64,000 nt of DNA from an uncultured Gammaproteobacteria bacterium (GCA_964522435.1 CAZFUL010000001.1:188278-252277), one strand, 5' to 3'. Shown: positions 27,418 through 37,262, numbered from the stretch's first letter. Notes: a model not told the origin generated them from the letters alone. Numbers and translations are program-made.

Positions 27418-28866
27418 ATGCATGATAAACAGATATTTGAACAAGTTGCTCGCGTAACCGCATCTACAGGCATTGCTGCCTATGTTGTGGGGGGCTATGT
27501 ACGAGATCAGTACATGCGCCGACAAGGAAATAAAGATATTGATGTTGTGGTTGCGGGCAGTGGTATTACCTTTGCGCAAGCCTTTGCCGCTTCTTTGGGA
27601 GAAGAGGTTGGTCGTCTTGTTGAATTTGCAGATTTTGATACGGCACGATTTATTTATCTCACAACAGAGGAAGAAGGCCGAACGCCTCTATGTGAAATTG
27701 AATTTGCAGGAGCAAGAACAGAGCTCTATCACGAAGATTCTCGTAAACCAGTGGTGAGTCCTACCACTATTGAACAAGATTTATCTCGAAGAGATTTTAC
27801 AGTAAACGCCATGGCACGGTTGATAGAACAGGATGGGACACTCGGGCCAGTGATTGATCCTTTTGATGGTCAACGAGATATTGAGCATAAAACACTTAAT
27901 ACCCCACTTGATCCAGATCAAACCTTTATTGATGATCCGTTGCGCATGTTACGCGCTGCACGTTTTGCCGCACAGTTACAATTCTCTCTGGATGAACGAG
28001 TTCTGTTATCGATGCATAAAAATAAAGAACGCATTCGTATTGTCTCTCAAGAGCGTATTCAAGAAGAACTCATGAAATTATTTGCGACTGTTCGGCCGTC
28101 GCAAGGACTGTGGTTATTGCATGCGACAAGATTATTAGATGAATGTATCCCCGAGGTTGCGTTACTTGCTGGGGTGGAAGAAGTGAAAGGTTATTCGCAT
28201 AAAGATAATTTATCGCACACCTTTGCGGTTATTGATAATATTGCCGAGCAAACACCCAATCCGTTGTTACGGTTTGCTGGCTTGATGCATGATATTGCAA
28301 AGCCCCAAACAAAACAGTTTTTTGAAGGGCGTGGCTGGACGTTTGATATGCATGAACATTTGGGAAAAAAAATGACAAAAGAAATCATGCGTCGCTTAAA
28401 ATTTAGTCGGAACGATATACAGTATGTAAGTACCTTGGTGCGTTGGCATTTACAGCCAATTGCGTTAATGGATAAAGGGGTCACGGATAGTGCGGTCCGA
28501 CGGTTAATTGTAAATCTCCAAGAATTATTGCCAGATTTGCTTATGCTTTGTCGCGCGGATATTACGACGGGTAATCAATACAAAAAAGAACGCCGTTTAA
28601 AAAATTATGATTATTTGGATCAACGCATTAAAGAAGTGTTAGAGGCGGATAAACTTCGCGCATTTCAGTCGCCGTTGCGTGGGGATGAAATTATGACCTT
28701 GACTGGCTTAAAACCTGGGCCAACGATTGGAAAAATCAAAGCAGCAATAGAAGAGGCTATTTTAGCAGGGGATATTCCTAATGACTATGAGGCGGCAAAA
28801 GGCTATTTTGAAAAAATAAAAGAGGAGTATCTAGCACAGGCGGTTGATTGGGAAAAAAACATATAG
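27418..28866 (+). CDS. cca: CCA-adding enzyme / tRNA nucleotidyltransferase with HD domain
   Basis: 482 aa. 'VGGYVRDQYMRRQGNKDIDVVV' polymerase-beta head and a C-terminal HD region. Confidence 0.8.
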   Translation: MHDKQIFEQVARVTASTGIAAYVVGGYVRDQYMRRQGNKDIDVVVAGSGITFAQAFAASLGEEVGRLVEFADFDTARFIYLTTEEEGRTPLCEIEFAGARTELYHEDSRKPVVSPTTIEQDLSRRDFTVNAMARLIEQDGTLGPVIDPFDGQRDIEHKTLNTPLDPDQTFIDDPLRMLRAARFAAQLQFSLDERVLLSMHKNKERIRIVSQERIQEELMKLFATVRPSQGLWLLHATRLLDECIPEVALLAGVEEVKGYSHKDNLSHTFAVIDNIAEQTPNPLLRFAGLMHDIAKPQTKQFFEGRGWTFDMHEHLGKKMTKEIMRRLKFSRNDIQYVSTLVRWHLQPIALMDKGVTDSAVRRLIVNLQELLPDLLMLCRADITTGNQYKKERRLKNYDYLDQRIKEVLEADKLRAFQSPLRGDEIMTLTGLKPGPTIGKIKAAIEEAILAGDIPNDYEAAKGYFEKIKEEYLAQAVDWEKNI

Positions 28867-28875
28867 GTTTATGTC

Positions 28876-28975
28876 ATTCCCGTGTAAACGGGAATCCACT
28901 CTTAACAATTATACCGTGGATCCCCGATCATGCCCGCCTGATGGCGAGGCATGTCGAGGATGACAGTAAAAAATA
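28876..28975 (+). other. folded element of about 100 nt: a closing stem enclosing three hairpins
   Basis: Outer stem 'tgtcat...atgaca'. Hairpin 'attcccg-tgtaaa-cgggaat'. Nested hairpin 'cgatcatgcc[cgcc-tgat-ggcg]aggcatgtcg'. Sits between the cca stop and the terminator. Confidence 0.3.
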
Positions 28976-28982
28976 TCATATT

Positions 28983-29020
28983 AAAAAAGCCCTGGACTAC
29001 ATCAGTTCAGGGCTTTTTTT
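28983..29020. terminator. bidirectional intrinsic terminator
   Basis: 'aaaaaagccctg...cagggcttttttt'. Confidence 0.65.
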
Positions 29021-29074
29021 GCGTCCCGATCCAGTGGCTTGCTGGATCGGGGTAAGGAGAGGACGCCTATCTAT

Positions 29075-29662
29075 CTAGAAATAGAAGAGATCCTCTGGTG
29101 GGGGCGGAGGTGCCGTGGGTGGCGTAGGCGAGCAGTCGAAGGGATTCTCTACATCCACCTCGGGCGCCAGGGGGATGCTGTTGATCCACCCGACCAGGGC
29201 GCGGAGGGCGTCTGCGCCCGCTTGGTCATTGTTTGCTTCTGCCGACTTTGCCGCTTTCTCCAAAAAGGCTGCGCTCGGCGGGGCCAGCAGCCAGTGTTTT
29301 ACGAATGGCTCGTTTAACCCTTGTTGCCACTCAAGGAGCACCGGGTGCTCCTCGTTGAGCTTGATGAGCGCAAGGTAGAGGCAGCCGTGGCGGCGTACAT
29401 CCGCCATGTTCTGAATGAGATGCGTGAGCCGGAGCACCTGGGGGATCTCCCCGCTGCCGTGCATCTTCACTTTGGGGAAGTGTTCCCCGTTGATCACGGC
29501 GTGGTGCTGATTGGGCGCCATGCGACGCATGGTCTGCGGCGGAGGTCCTTTCGCCGCCATATCCAACAAGCTGTGGGTCACAATGTCGTGACCCCCAACT
29601 CGCCGGCGGTCGGTCTGGAACTGCGGGCCATTCGTCCCGGTCAGGGTAACTTCTTTACACAT
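29075..29662 (-). CDS. hypothetical protein in a G+C-rich islet (195 aa; Pro-rich C-terminus)
   Basis: Minus-strand frame with GGAG about 9 nt upstream. Promoter-like 'TTGACG...TGaTATGCG' upstream; terminators on both sides. Overlapping plus-strand ORFs look like low-complexity artefacts. Confidence 0.4.
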   Translation of the reverse strand: MCKEVTLTGTNGPQFQTDRRRVGGHDIVTHSLLDMAAKGPPPQTMRRMAPNQHHAVINGEHFPKVKMHGSGEIPQVLRLTHLIQNMADVRRHGCLYLALIKLNEEHPVLLEWQQGLNEPFVKHWLLAPPSAAFLEKAAKSAEANNDQAGADALRALVGWINSIPLAPEVDVENPFDCSPTPPTAPPPPPEDLFYF

Positions 29663-29851
29663 GAAAACACTCCGTAGTTGCGGGTTGCCGTAGCTATACG
29701 CATATCACAAAAAACATTTAGCGTCAACTAGCAGAGTGAACTTTTGGCTAAATAAAAAAAGCACCTTTTGAGGTGTTTTATTTTAGGGCCTGCCTACGCC
29801 AACCGCGTGTCACCATAGCTTTAGCGCTGGCACAGGCTTCGGCGGGCGAAG

Positions 29852-29934
29852 TACCGGAGAGAGGACTTGAACCTCCACATCCTTGCGGATACATGCACCT
29901 GAAGCATGCGTGTCTACCATTCCACCACTCCGGC
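29852..29934 (-). tRNA. tRNA-Leu (anticodon CAG)
   Basis: Reverse complement 'GCCGGAGTGGTGGAATGGTAGACACGCATGCTTCAGGTGCATG...GGTTCAAGTCC...CTCCGGTA'. Long variable arm; anticodon loop 'TTCAGGT'. Near-collinear with E. coli tRNA-Leu(CAG). Confidence 0.85.
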
Positions 29935-30056
29935 ATAATGTTTAGGATATCATGAGTATCCTGAACATTCAATAATTTTTTTGGCCCTGGGGACGCGGTT
30001 CACGGAGGTGTATATCGTGATGCAGCGTCCCTAGGGGAGTCTCCTTGCCTGTTTTT

Positions 30057-30476
30057 TCACTTGAGCGTGAGCCGTTGCGACTGCAGGAATTCTTCCAGGT
30101 GTGCCCAGGCGACTGGGTCGAAACGGAAGATCGCCCGAATCGCGGCAGCGCGCCGTTCAAGCAAATCACCCACCGTGCAGATGTTTGCTTGAACAAGGAG
30201 CTGTTGTTCCTGGATCGTGAGCTGAGGGATTTGCGTGATGCCCAGGCGACGAATGCTAGTTCCTGCCTTGACTAAGGCAAGAGAAAACCCAGCGCTCGCC
30301 AGGATGGTGGTAACTTCCGCGAGGCATTTTTCGCCAAAACGCGGGATCTCAAGAAGCTCCGCTGCCGTCTTTTTGACGAGATCACGAACCTTAATGATCC
30401 CTGCTCCGATCAAACGGTCTTTTGCCCATTGGCTCAGTTCTCGCAATTGAGCAATATTGGTCTTCATCTCAAGCAT
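30057..30476 (-). CDS. tandem RNA-polymerase alpha-CTD-like (helix-hairpin-helix) domain protein
   Basis: 139 aa. Two repeats resemble the RpoA C-terminal domain: 'LLEIPRFGEKCLAEVTTILASAGFSLAL' and 'ANICTVGDLLERRAAAIRAI'. GGAGGG 8 nt upstream. G+C-rich. Confidence 0.5.
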   Translation of the reverse strand: MLEMKTNIAQLRELSQWAKDRLIGAGIIKVRDLVKKTAAELLEIPRFGEKCLAEVTTILASAGFSLALVKAGTSIRRLGITQIPQLTIQEQQLLVQANICTVGDLLERRAAAIRAIFRFDPVAWAHLEEFLQSQRLTLK

Positions 30477-30529
30477 GGAATGCCCTCCGTTCTGTGGTCT
30501 GTATCGCTTACGGTATATGAATTGCGCAT

Positions 30530-30558
30530 ACTATAAAAATCTGAGCGTATTTTGTCAA
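30530..30558 (-). promoter_or_regulatory. promoter TTGACA-N17-TATAGT (minus strand) for the alpha-CTD-like gene
   Basis: Reverse complement of 30553..30558 is TTGACA. The spacer is 17 nt. Reverse complement of 30530..30535 is TATAGT. Confidence 0.5.
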
Positions 30559-30658
30559 GAAATACCTTTTTTCTTTTTATTTTTGTCTACCTTGTTTTTT
30601 CACCCTCTATTTGCTATACTCATGCCATACATTGAAAAAATATTTTTTATTGTACCGT

Positions 30659-31387
30659 ATGTCTGTATTGTGGCATGACTATTTGTATCAGCCGGTGTTT
30701 AACGGCCTTATTTGGATATATAATAATTGGACTGATCAAAACATGGGTTGGGCCATTGTGTATTTAACCGTGTTATTACGGACAGCCTTACTCCCTTTTA
30801 CCTTAGTAAATGAATTTGCTGAAATTAAAAATACAGAACTAAGTAAAGATGTTGCGCGTATTAATAAAGAGTTGGCAAATGATCCCATTTTAAAAAATGA
30901 AGAAATTCGTCGTGTATTAAAAAAAAGAAAAGTCCATCCTTGGGCAAAGGTAGTCGTTATCGGTATTCAATTAGTCGTATTGATTCTTTTATACCAAGTG
31001 TTTTTGCGAGGAATTACCGGAGAAAAAATATTAGATATTCTTTATAGTAGTGTCGAGTTTCCAGGAAAAATTAACACCATGTTTTTTGGATTTGATTTAG
31101 GACAAACCCATGATTTATTTTGGTCAGGCTTGGTGGGGATATTTTTAATGGCAGAGATATATATTGGATTTAGAACCAGAAAAGGCGTATTAGAAAAAGG
31201 CGATCTTGCGTATTTTATTCTTTTTCCTGTCGCAGTATTTATCCCATTATTTGTGTTGCCCATGGTGAAATCCTTATTTGTGTTAACCTCTATTGTGTAT
31301 TCTGCACTTATTCACGTCATTATCCAATTATTTTTTCATTCAAATAAAAAAGAAGAAGAGGCATCGACAGCCCCCCCAAAAGCATAG
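30659..31387 (+). CDS. yidC: membrane protein insertase YidC/Oxa1 family (short form)
   Basis: Start at ATG 30659. 'GWAIVYLTVLLRTALLPFTL' and a five-TM core. TGn-TATACT -10 upstream. Confidence 0.7.
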   Translation: MSVLWHDYLYQPVFNGLIWIYNNWTDQNMGWAIVYLTVLLRTALLPFTLVNEFAEIKNTELSKDVARINKELANDPILKNEEIRRVLKKRKVHPWAKVVVIGIQLVVLILLYQVFLRGITGEKILDILYSSVEFPGKINTMFFGFDLGQTHDLFWSGLVGIFLMAEIYIGFRTRKGVLEKGDLAYFILFPVAVFIPLFVLPMVKSLFVLTSIVYSALIHVIIQLFFHSNKKEEEASTAPPKA

Positions 31388-31426
31388 TATACTTATGCTA
31401 CCTCTGTTTCGTTTAATAAATCTATT

Positions 31427-32017
31427 ATGAGCCAATCGCTAGATAAATTAATGTATTCCTTTGTGATGGAGGATGTGTTGAAAGGGTTTTTTATTTATGT
31501 TCCCCCTGGATATGTTGCCTGTGTCTATGACCTTGGGCGTGGCGTGTTAAAAAAAGTATTGACTCCCGGATTGCATTTTAAAATTCCGTTTTGGCAAAAA
31601 GCAAAATTATTTAATACCCAAACATTGGAATATAGTATTAGTCGCAGTTTTAATCCACAAAATGAAAAAGCCATGGGAGATATTCCTATTGCGGCGATTA
31701 CCGAAGATGGGAACCGTATTGGGGTAGAAGGAACTATTTTATTGCGTTTGGATATTCATCAAATTCCTGCCATTTGGCAAACCATAGGAGAAGACTTTGT
31801 GGCAAAGATTATTCGTCCAACCGTACGCAGTCGTATTCGTATGGTGGGAAGTCGTTTTAGTCAGCAAGAAATTTCTGGAGCAAAACGAGATGCGGTAGAA
31901 ATTGAATTAAAAAATGAGCTCGAACGTATTTTTTACTCTCGGGGTATTTTTGTGGAAAATGTGCTTTTAAGTGAAGTAGCTCCGATACAAGAATACGATA
32001 GAACCGCGAAAGAATAA
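31427..32017 (+). CDS. SPFH/band-7 domain protein
   Basis: 196 aa, 'GLHFKIPFWQK' and an SPFH core. Confidence 0.6.
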   Translation: MSQSLDKLMYSFVMEDVLKGFFIYVPPGYVACVYDLGRGVLKKVLTPGLHFKIPFWQKAKLFNTQTLEYSISRSFNPQNEKAMGDIPIAAITEDGNRIGVEGTILLRLDIHQIPAIWQTIGEDFVAKIIRPTVRSRIRMVGSRFSQQEISGAKRDAVEIELKNELERIFYSRGIFVENVLLSEVAPIQEYDRTAKE

Positions 32018-32032
32018 TATTCTCTTATATAT

Positions 32033-32064
32033 AAAAAATCCCTGATACGCTCAGGGGTTTTTTG
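32033..32064. terminator. bidirectional intrinsic terminator
   Basis: 'aaaaaatccctgatacgctcaggggtttttt'. Confidence 0.65.
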
Positions 32065-32458
32065 TTATGGAAGGCGCGCAAAAGATGCCGAGATTCTTTT
32101 GCGCGCCGCTACACGACTCGGGCAAGATATACAATGGTTCGTTTGCCTTCGTCCTTGGGAGGGAAATAAGTTCCCCACACCAGTGTTCCCTTTAAGAAGG
32201 AATCTACCTTTGCTTCTGAAATAACCAACACGCAGCGGCAGTAGTCATGATGGACCGAGAAGTAGCGGCTTTTGCCAATAGCACAGCTATCTATCGTGGC
32301 ATCGACTACAACCAGTCGATTGCTGCTTTTCAAGAGCATTTCTAAACGGTAAATCACGGCCTCTCCTTTTCAAAAAGGGGAGAGGAGTATACTGCTTGGA
32401 AGGAGGGGTGTCAATGGATTGTGGATAAGCTATTGACGATAAAAAGAGATCTGTGGTA

Positions 32459-32485
32459 TTATCACTCTATATATAAGAGTGATAG
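32459..32485 (+). promoter_or_regulatory. CIRCE operator (HrcA binding site) overlapping the hrcA promoter
   Basis: 'TTATCACTC-N9-GAGTGATAG' versus consensus TTAGCACTC-N9-GAGTGCTAA. Promoter TTGACG(32432)-N18-TATTAT(32456) overlaps the left arm. Confidence 0.7.
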
Positions 32486-32494
32486 CATTTCCCT

Positions 32495-33181
32495 ATGCTG
32501 ACTGAAAGAAAAGAACATTTATTACAGCTCGTTGTTGAGCATTTTATTGATACAGTTCAGCCAATTGCATCTCGTTTTTTAATTGATCAAGAAGCCTTAG
32601 ATATTGGTGAAGCAACGGTACGGAATGAACTACGGGCGCTCGAAGAAGCTGGGTACTTAACCCATCCACATACCTCAGCAGGGCGTATGCCAACAGAATT
32701 AGGGTATCAGTATTATGTAGAGCATATTATGAAACCTGCCACGGTTTCTCACCAAGAACAGCAACATCTCAATACTCTTTGTAACCAACCAGAAACCGAG
32801 CGTCGTTTGCAGATAAAATCAGTAGCAAAATGGTGTAGCGAGGCAAGTGGTAATGCGGTTATTGTCTCTTTTAATGAAGACAGTATGTATTACACAGGCA
32901 TGTCGAATTTATTCGCACAACCAGAGTTTCAAAATTATGCCCACACCGTACAGGTCTCTCGTATCTTTGATCATTGTGAAGAAAAAATGTCCGATATCGT
33001 TCCATTACTTCAAGAACAACAAGTCCATACCTTTATTGGACAAAAAAATCCCTTGGGGGCAGCTTGTTCCACTATTGCGGTGGCGCTTAGTCAAGGAGAA
33101 ACATTTTTGTTTTTAGGTCCTATGCGTATGAATTATAAACAAAACACGGCTCGCGCCGCGTATATACAACAGTATCTTTAA
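32495..33181 (+). CDS. hrcA: heat-inducible transcription repressor HrcA (short, 228 aa)
   Basis: N-terminal winged helix 'LLQLVVEHFIDTVQPIASRFL'. Sits upstream of grpE-dnaK with a CIRCE in its leader. Confidence 0.7.
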   Translation: MLTERKEHLLQLVVEHFIDTVQPIASRFLIDQEALDIGEATVRNELRALEEAGYLTHPHTSAGRMPTELGYQYYVEHIMKPATVSHQEQQHLNTLCNQPETERRLQIKSVAKWCSEASGNAVIVSFNEDSMYYTGMSNLFAQPEFQNYAHTVQVSRIFDHCEEKMSDIVPLLQEQQVHTFIGQKNPLGAACSTIAVALSQGETFLFLGPMRMNYKQNTARAAYIQQYL

Positions 33182-33193
33182 TCTGATTATCCT

Positions 33194-33712
33194 ATGAATC
33201 AACAACACGACGAGGCCGTAGTGCCAGAAGAAACAATCGATGAGAGTGTGCAAGAACAGGCAACGCCGGTTCAGTCAGAAACAAACATTGACTACAAAGA
33301 AAAATGGCTACGCGCGCAAGCTGATTATCAAAATTTAACAAAAGAGATAAGTACGCAAAAAAAAGATTGGATCCGCATGAGTGAAATGCAAATAGTAGAA
33401 GAGTTTATTCCCATTTATGAAAATTTTAAAAAAGCGTTTGCGCATAGTGTCGCTGATTCGCATGCACAATGGGAAAATTGGCAAAAAGGCATTGGCTTTA
33501 TTATGAAACAATATTGGGATATGCTTTCTTCCCATGGCGTGCAAGAAATTAAAACCACGGGAACCCCATTTGATCATCACCTCCATGAAGCCTTACAAGA
33601 AGAAGCAGCAGAGGATGTGGAAGACGGAGTAATCATTCGAGAATTAAGTGGGGGCTATATGATGTATGACAAAGTTATTATTCCGGCAAAAGTGGTGGTT
33701 TGTCGCAAATAA
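33194..33712 (+). CDS. grpE: nucleotide exchange factor GrpE
   Basis: 172 aa. Coiled-coil N-terminus and a C-terminal 'FDHHLHEA...' beta domain. Confidence 0.8.
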   Translation: MNQQHDEAVVPEETIDESVQEQATPVQSETNIDYKEKWLRAQADYQNLTKEISTQKKDWIRMSEMQIVEEFIPIYENFKKAFAHSVADSHAQWENWQKGIGFIMKQYWDMLSSHGVQEIKTTGTPFDHHLHEALQEEAAEDVEDGVIIRELSGGYMMYDKVIIPAKVVVCRK

Positions 33713-33751
33713 CAAATAGCATCTCTATCGTATTCTTAATTATATTGCGTT

Positions 33752-34189
33752 ATGACACTTATTCGTTGGTCACCGAATTGGGACCCATTTGCAGATATGG
33801 AACAAGTAATGAATCGTTTACCTTCCGTTGTGCCACATGGCGGCCATGCGCTCGCTACCTTTGTTCCTGCCGTTGATTTGTATGAAACAAAAGAGGCCTT
33901 AGTGGTAGAAACCCATTTAGCAGGTATGCACCCGCAAGATGTTCATGTGAGTGTTGAACATGGGGTGCTCACCATTAGTGGAGAAAGTAAAAAAGAACGT
34001 GAGGTGGAAGAAAAAAATTATTATAGAAAAGAAACACGCTCTGGTTCATTTCACCGACAAGTACCACTGCCGGTTCCCATAAAAGAAGAAAGTATTGTTG
34101 CAGAATTTGAAGAAGGTATTTTAAAAATTACCTGTCCCAAAGCAAATAGTAGTGATCCAAAAACAATTCCAGTTCAGATTAAAAAATAA
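33752..34189 (+). CDS. Hsp20/alpha-crystallin small heat-shock protein
   Basis: 145 aa alpha-crystallin domain, with 'ILKITCPK' near the C-terminus. Confidence 0.8.
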   Translation: MTLIRWSPNWDPFADMEQVMNRLPSVVPHGGHALATFVPAVDLYETKEALVVETHLAGMHPQDVHVSVEHGVLTISGESKKEREVEEKNYYRKETRSGSFHRQVPLPVPIKEESIVAEFEEGILKITCPKANSSDPKTIPVQIKK

Positions 34190-34273
34190 TTATTCACGGA
34201 GGGGTGCGTTTTGAGGTCTAAAGCACCCAAAACGCACTCGTTCCATTTATTCATTGTCGTTATACACATTGAT

Positions 34274-36208
34274 ATGCCAAAAATTTTAGGAATAGATCTT
34301 GGTACCACAAACTCCTGCATGGCAATTGTAGAAGGTGGTCAACCAAAAGTATTAGAAAATAAAGAAGGAAATCGCACAACCCCATCAATGGTCGCTTTTT
34401 CTAAAACAGGAGAACGTCTTGTTGGTCAATTAGCAAAACGCCAATCAGTAACGAATCCGGCGAATACCTTATTTTCTATTAAACGTCTTATTGGTCGCAA
34501 TCCAAACGATAAACAAGTTGCCGACGTAAAAGAACATGCACCATACAAAGTAGTTACAGAAGGTGATCGTATTAAAATTCAGTTAGGAGATAAAACCTAC
34601 TTTCCGCCAGAAATTTCTGCCATGGTATTACAAAAATTAAAATCAGATGCAGAAGAAAAATTAGGCGAAACAATTACGCAAGCAGTTATTACTGTTCCTG
34701 CGTATTTTGATGATTCTCAACGACAAGCAACAAAACAAGCAGGAGAAATTGCTGGGCTAGAAGTATTGCGCGTGATTAATGAACCTACTGCTGCTGCGTT
34801 TGCGTACGGATTTGATAAAACCACTGATCAAAAAATTCTTGTGTACGATTTAGGAGGAGGAACTTTTGATGTATCTGTGCTTGATATTTCTCATGATAAA
34901 GAAGATGGTCATTCTACGGTAGAAGTATTAGCAACGAACGGCGATACCCATTTAGGCGGAGATGATTTTGATAAAAAAATCATTGAATGGATGTTAGCTG
35001 AATTCAAAAAAACAGAAGGCGTTGATTTATCAAAAGATGCCTTGTCTCTCCAACGCGTTAAAGATGCGGCAGAAAAAGCAAAAATTGAGCTTTCTAGTAC
35101 GCCAGAAAGTGAAATTAACGAACCGTTTATTACCTCAGGTGCAGATGGGCCAAAACATTTGAACATGAAATTGTCTCGTGCAAAATTAGAAGAACTCGTT
35201 GGTGAGTTAGTAGAAAAAAGCATGGGACCAGTAAAAAAATGTTTAGAAGATTCTGGAGTAGATAAGTCAGCTATTCAAGAAATTGTGATGGTTGGTGGTA
35301 TGACCCGCATGCCGCTTGTACAAAAAAAGGTAGAAGAATTTTTTGGCAAAAAACCAAATATTTCTGTGAATCCAGATGAAGTCGTCGCGATTGGTGCTGC
35401 CATTCAAGCCGGGCAGTTGCAAGGAGATTTAGGAAAAGATATTTTGTTGTTAGATGTTACGCCATTGTCTCTTGGTTTAGAAACCTTGGGTGGCGTTGCG
35501 ACTAAACTTATTGAACGAAATACCACCATTCCTACCAGCAAATCACAAGTGTTTTCTACCGCAGCAGATAATCAACCGAGTGTAGAAATTAATGTGGTGC
35601 AAGGAGAACGAGAAATGGCGACAGATAATAAATCGCTTGGACGCTTTGTCTTAGATGGTGTTCCACCAGCACCACGTGGGGTGCCACAAATTGAAGTGAC
35701 TTTTGATATTGATGCCAATGGTATTTTGAATGTTTCTGCAAAAGATAAAGGAACGGGTAAACAACAATCTATTCGTATAGAAGCATCGAGTGGTTTGTCT
35801 GACGAAGAAGTAGAACGCATGAAAAAAGATGCGGATATGCATGCAGAAGATGATAAAAAGAAACGAGAATTGATTGATGTAAAAAATACTGCAGATACCA
35901 TGATCTATACCACAGAAAAAATGATGAAAGAAGTGGAAGAAAAGAAAATTGAGATCACCGCAGAAGAAAAACAAAAAGTGGAAGATGGTTTGAAACAGGT
36001 AAAAGAAGCCTTGGAAAAAGGCGATATTGAACTGATCAAATCAGCGTCTGAAACCTTATCAAAAGATGCGCAAGCCGTTGGCATGAAAATGTATGCCGCT
36101 GCTTCCGCCTCTGCTGACGCTACGGCGGACAAATCTGCTCCTCAACCAGATGCAGCGAAAAAAGATGATGGAGCGGTAGAAGGAGAAGTTGTTGATGATA
36201 AGAAATAA
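34274..36208 (+). CDS. dnaK: molecular chaperone DnaK
   Basis: Start at ATG 34274 ([14 protein letters not shown]). Hsp70 signatures 'IDLGTTNS' and 'DLGGGTFD'. Confidence 0.95.
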   Translation: MPKILGIDLGTTNSCMAIVEGGQPKVLENKEGNRTTPSMVAFSKTGERLVGQLAKRQSVTNPANTLFSIKRLIGRNPNDKQVADVKEHAPYKVVTEGDRIKIQLGDKTYFPPEISAMVLQKLKSDAEEKLGETITQAVITVPAYFDDSQRQATKQAGEIAGLEVLRVINEPTAAAFAYGFDKTTDQKILVYDLGGGTFDVSVLDISHDKEDGHSTVEVLATNGDTHLGGDDFDKKIIEWMLAEFKKTEGVDLSKDALSLQRVKDAAEKAKIELSSTPESEINEPFITSGADGPKHLNMKLSRAKLEELVGELVEKSMGPVKKCLEDSGVDKSAIQEIVMVGGMTRMPLVQKKVEEFFGKKPNISVNPDEVVAIGAAIQAGQLQGDLGKDILLLDVTPLSLGLETLGGVATKLIERNTTIPTSKSQVFSTAADNQPSVEINVVQGEREMATDNKSLGRFVLDGVPPAPRGVPQIEVTFDIDANGILNVSAKDKGTGKQQSIRIEASSGLSDEEVERMKKDADMHAEDDKKKRELIDVKNTADTMIYTTEKMMKEVEEKKIEITAEEKQKVEDGLKQVKEALEKGDIELIKSASETLSKDAQAVGMKMYAAASASADATADKSAPQPDAAKKDDGAVEGEVVDDKK

Positions 36209-36272
36209 TCATGCCTAGTGCCGTTGCCCTTGAGAATATCGAGGGCAATACACTATTTTTGATTATCCTTAC

Positions 36273-36866
36273 ATGAACCGTATTATTACTTTTTTACTCA
36301 TTGCTGTTGTATTGTTAGGAACCGGTGTTGTTATTGGCTATACAAAAGCACGCTCTTCTGTACAAGAATCGCGTATCTCTGCTAATACTATTGTGCAAGA
36401 ATTGCAGCAAGAGGGATTTTTAGTTACCCAAAGTATGTTTGTACAAGAGCAGGTGAGTATAGAAAAAACAACGGGGAGTGCTATTAAAGATTTGTTTCTT
36501 GGCCAAACAATTAATGCTTCAGCCTTATTGCATATTGATGTGGGCGTAGATTTACAAAAATTGGCGGTAGAAGATGTTACCATTACTGATACCGGGATTA
36601 CGATTCAGGTACCGGCACCGGTTGTTCGTTCTGTCTCACTACGCGGTCCCATTACCTTAGAAAATAAACAGGGGATAGTAAAACGTCTTTTTGATAATGA
36701 TGATGGGTATAATGATGCCATTGCTTTATTTGATGAAAAAGGAAAACAAGTACTTACTAATGAAGACATACGAACAGCAGCAGAAGAAAATACTATTCGG
36801 CAAATACAGCGATTTGTTTCTTTATTGAGTGATACTGCTGAGGTGAGGGTGATTATACAATCGTAA
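36273..36866 (+). CDS. hypothetical membrane-anchored protein (DUF4230-like)
   Basis: 197 aa with an N-terminal TM; rest is soluble. Confidence 0.4.
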   Translation: MNRIITFLLIAVVLLGTGVVIGYTKARSSVQESRISANTIVQELQQEGFLVTQSMFVQEQVSIEKTTGSAIKDLFLGQTINASALLHIDVGVDLQKLAVEDVTITDTGITIQVPAPVVRSVSLRGPITLENKQGIVKRLFDNDDGYNDAIALFDEKGKQVLTNEDIRTAAEENTIRQIQRFVSLLSDTAEVRVIIQS

Positions 36867-36927
36867 GGGGTGAGGGGAGGTTGCCTACCTGCAGGGAGGC
36901 TCGCAATGACGTACTAATAAATACAAT

Positions 36928-37227
36928 ATGGAACAAAAACCAATGAAACAACCGACATCAATGCAAATTAAAGCGAAAGATGAAACTCTTTCAGGAACCT
37001 ATGCCAACGCTGCACAGGTACAACACACAAAAGAAGAATTTGTGTTAGACTTTATGAGTATCTTTCCTCCTGTAGGAACATTAAATAGCCGAGTTATTAT
37101 GAGCCCTGGTCATTTTAAGCGTATGATTTTGGCTATGCAAGATAATATACAAAAATACGAAAACAAATTTGGAGCTATTGATGAAGCACAAGGCCCAAAA
37201 TATGAACATGGGTTTCCTATCAAGTAA
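36928..37227 (+). CDS. DUF3467-like small protein
   Basis: 99 aa. 'GTYANAAQVQHTKEEFVLDFMSIFPP...SRVIMSPGHFKRMILAM' matches my recollection of the DUF3467 pattern. That family is often near dnaK/dnaJ. Confidence 0.45.
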   Translation: MEQKPMKQPTSMQIKAKDETLSGTYANAAQVQHTKEEFVLDFMSIFPPVGTLNSRVIMSPGHFKRMILAMQDNIQKYENKFGAIDEAQGPKYEHGFPIK

Positions 37228-37262
37228 TTGTATTGTTTATTTTATATTAATAGAGAATTAAC

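Noticed and set aside
28848-29078. ORF 28848..29078 (+)
   Set aside because: Begins with TTG inside the cca stop region and reads straight through a strong intrinsic terminator.
29039-29677. Plus-strand ORFs 29039..29317, 29115..29378, 29321..29677
   Set aside because: Arg/Gly-rich, low-complexity, with no start context. The antisense 195-aa ORF has promoter, SD and terminators.
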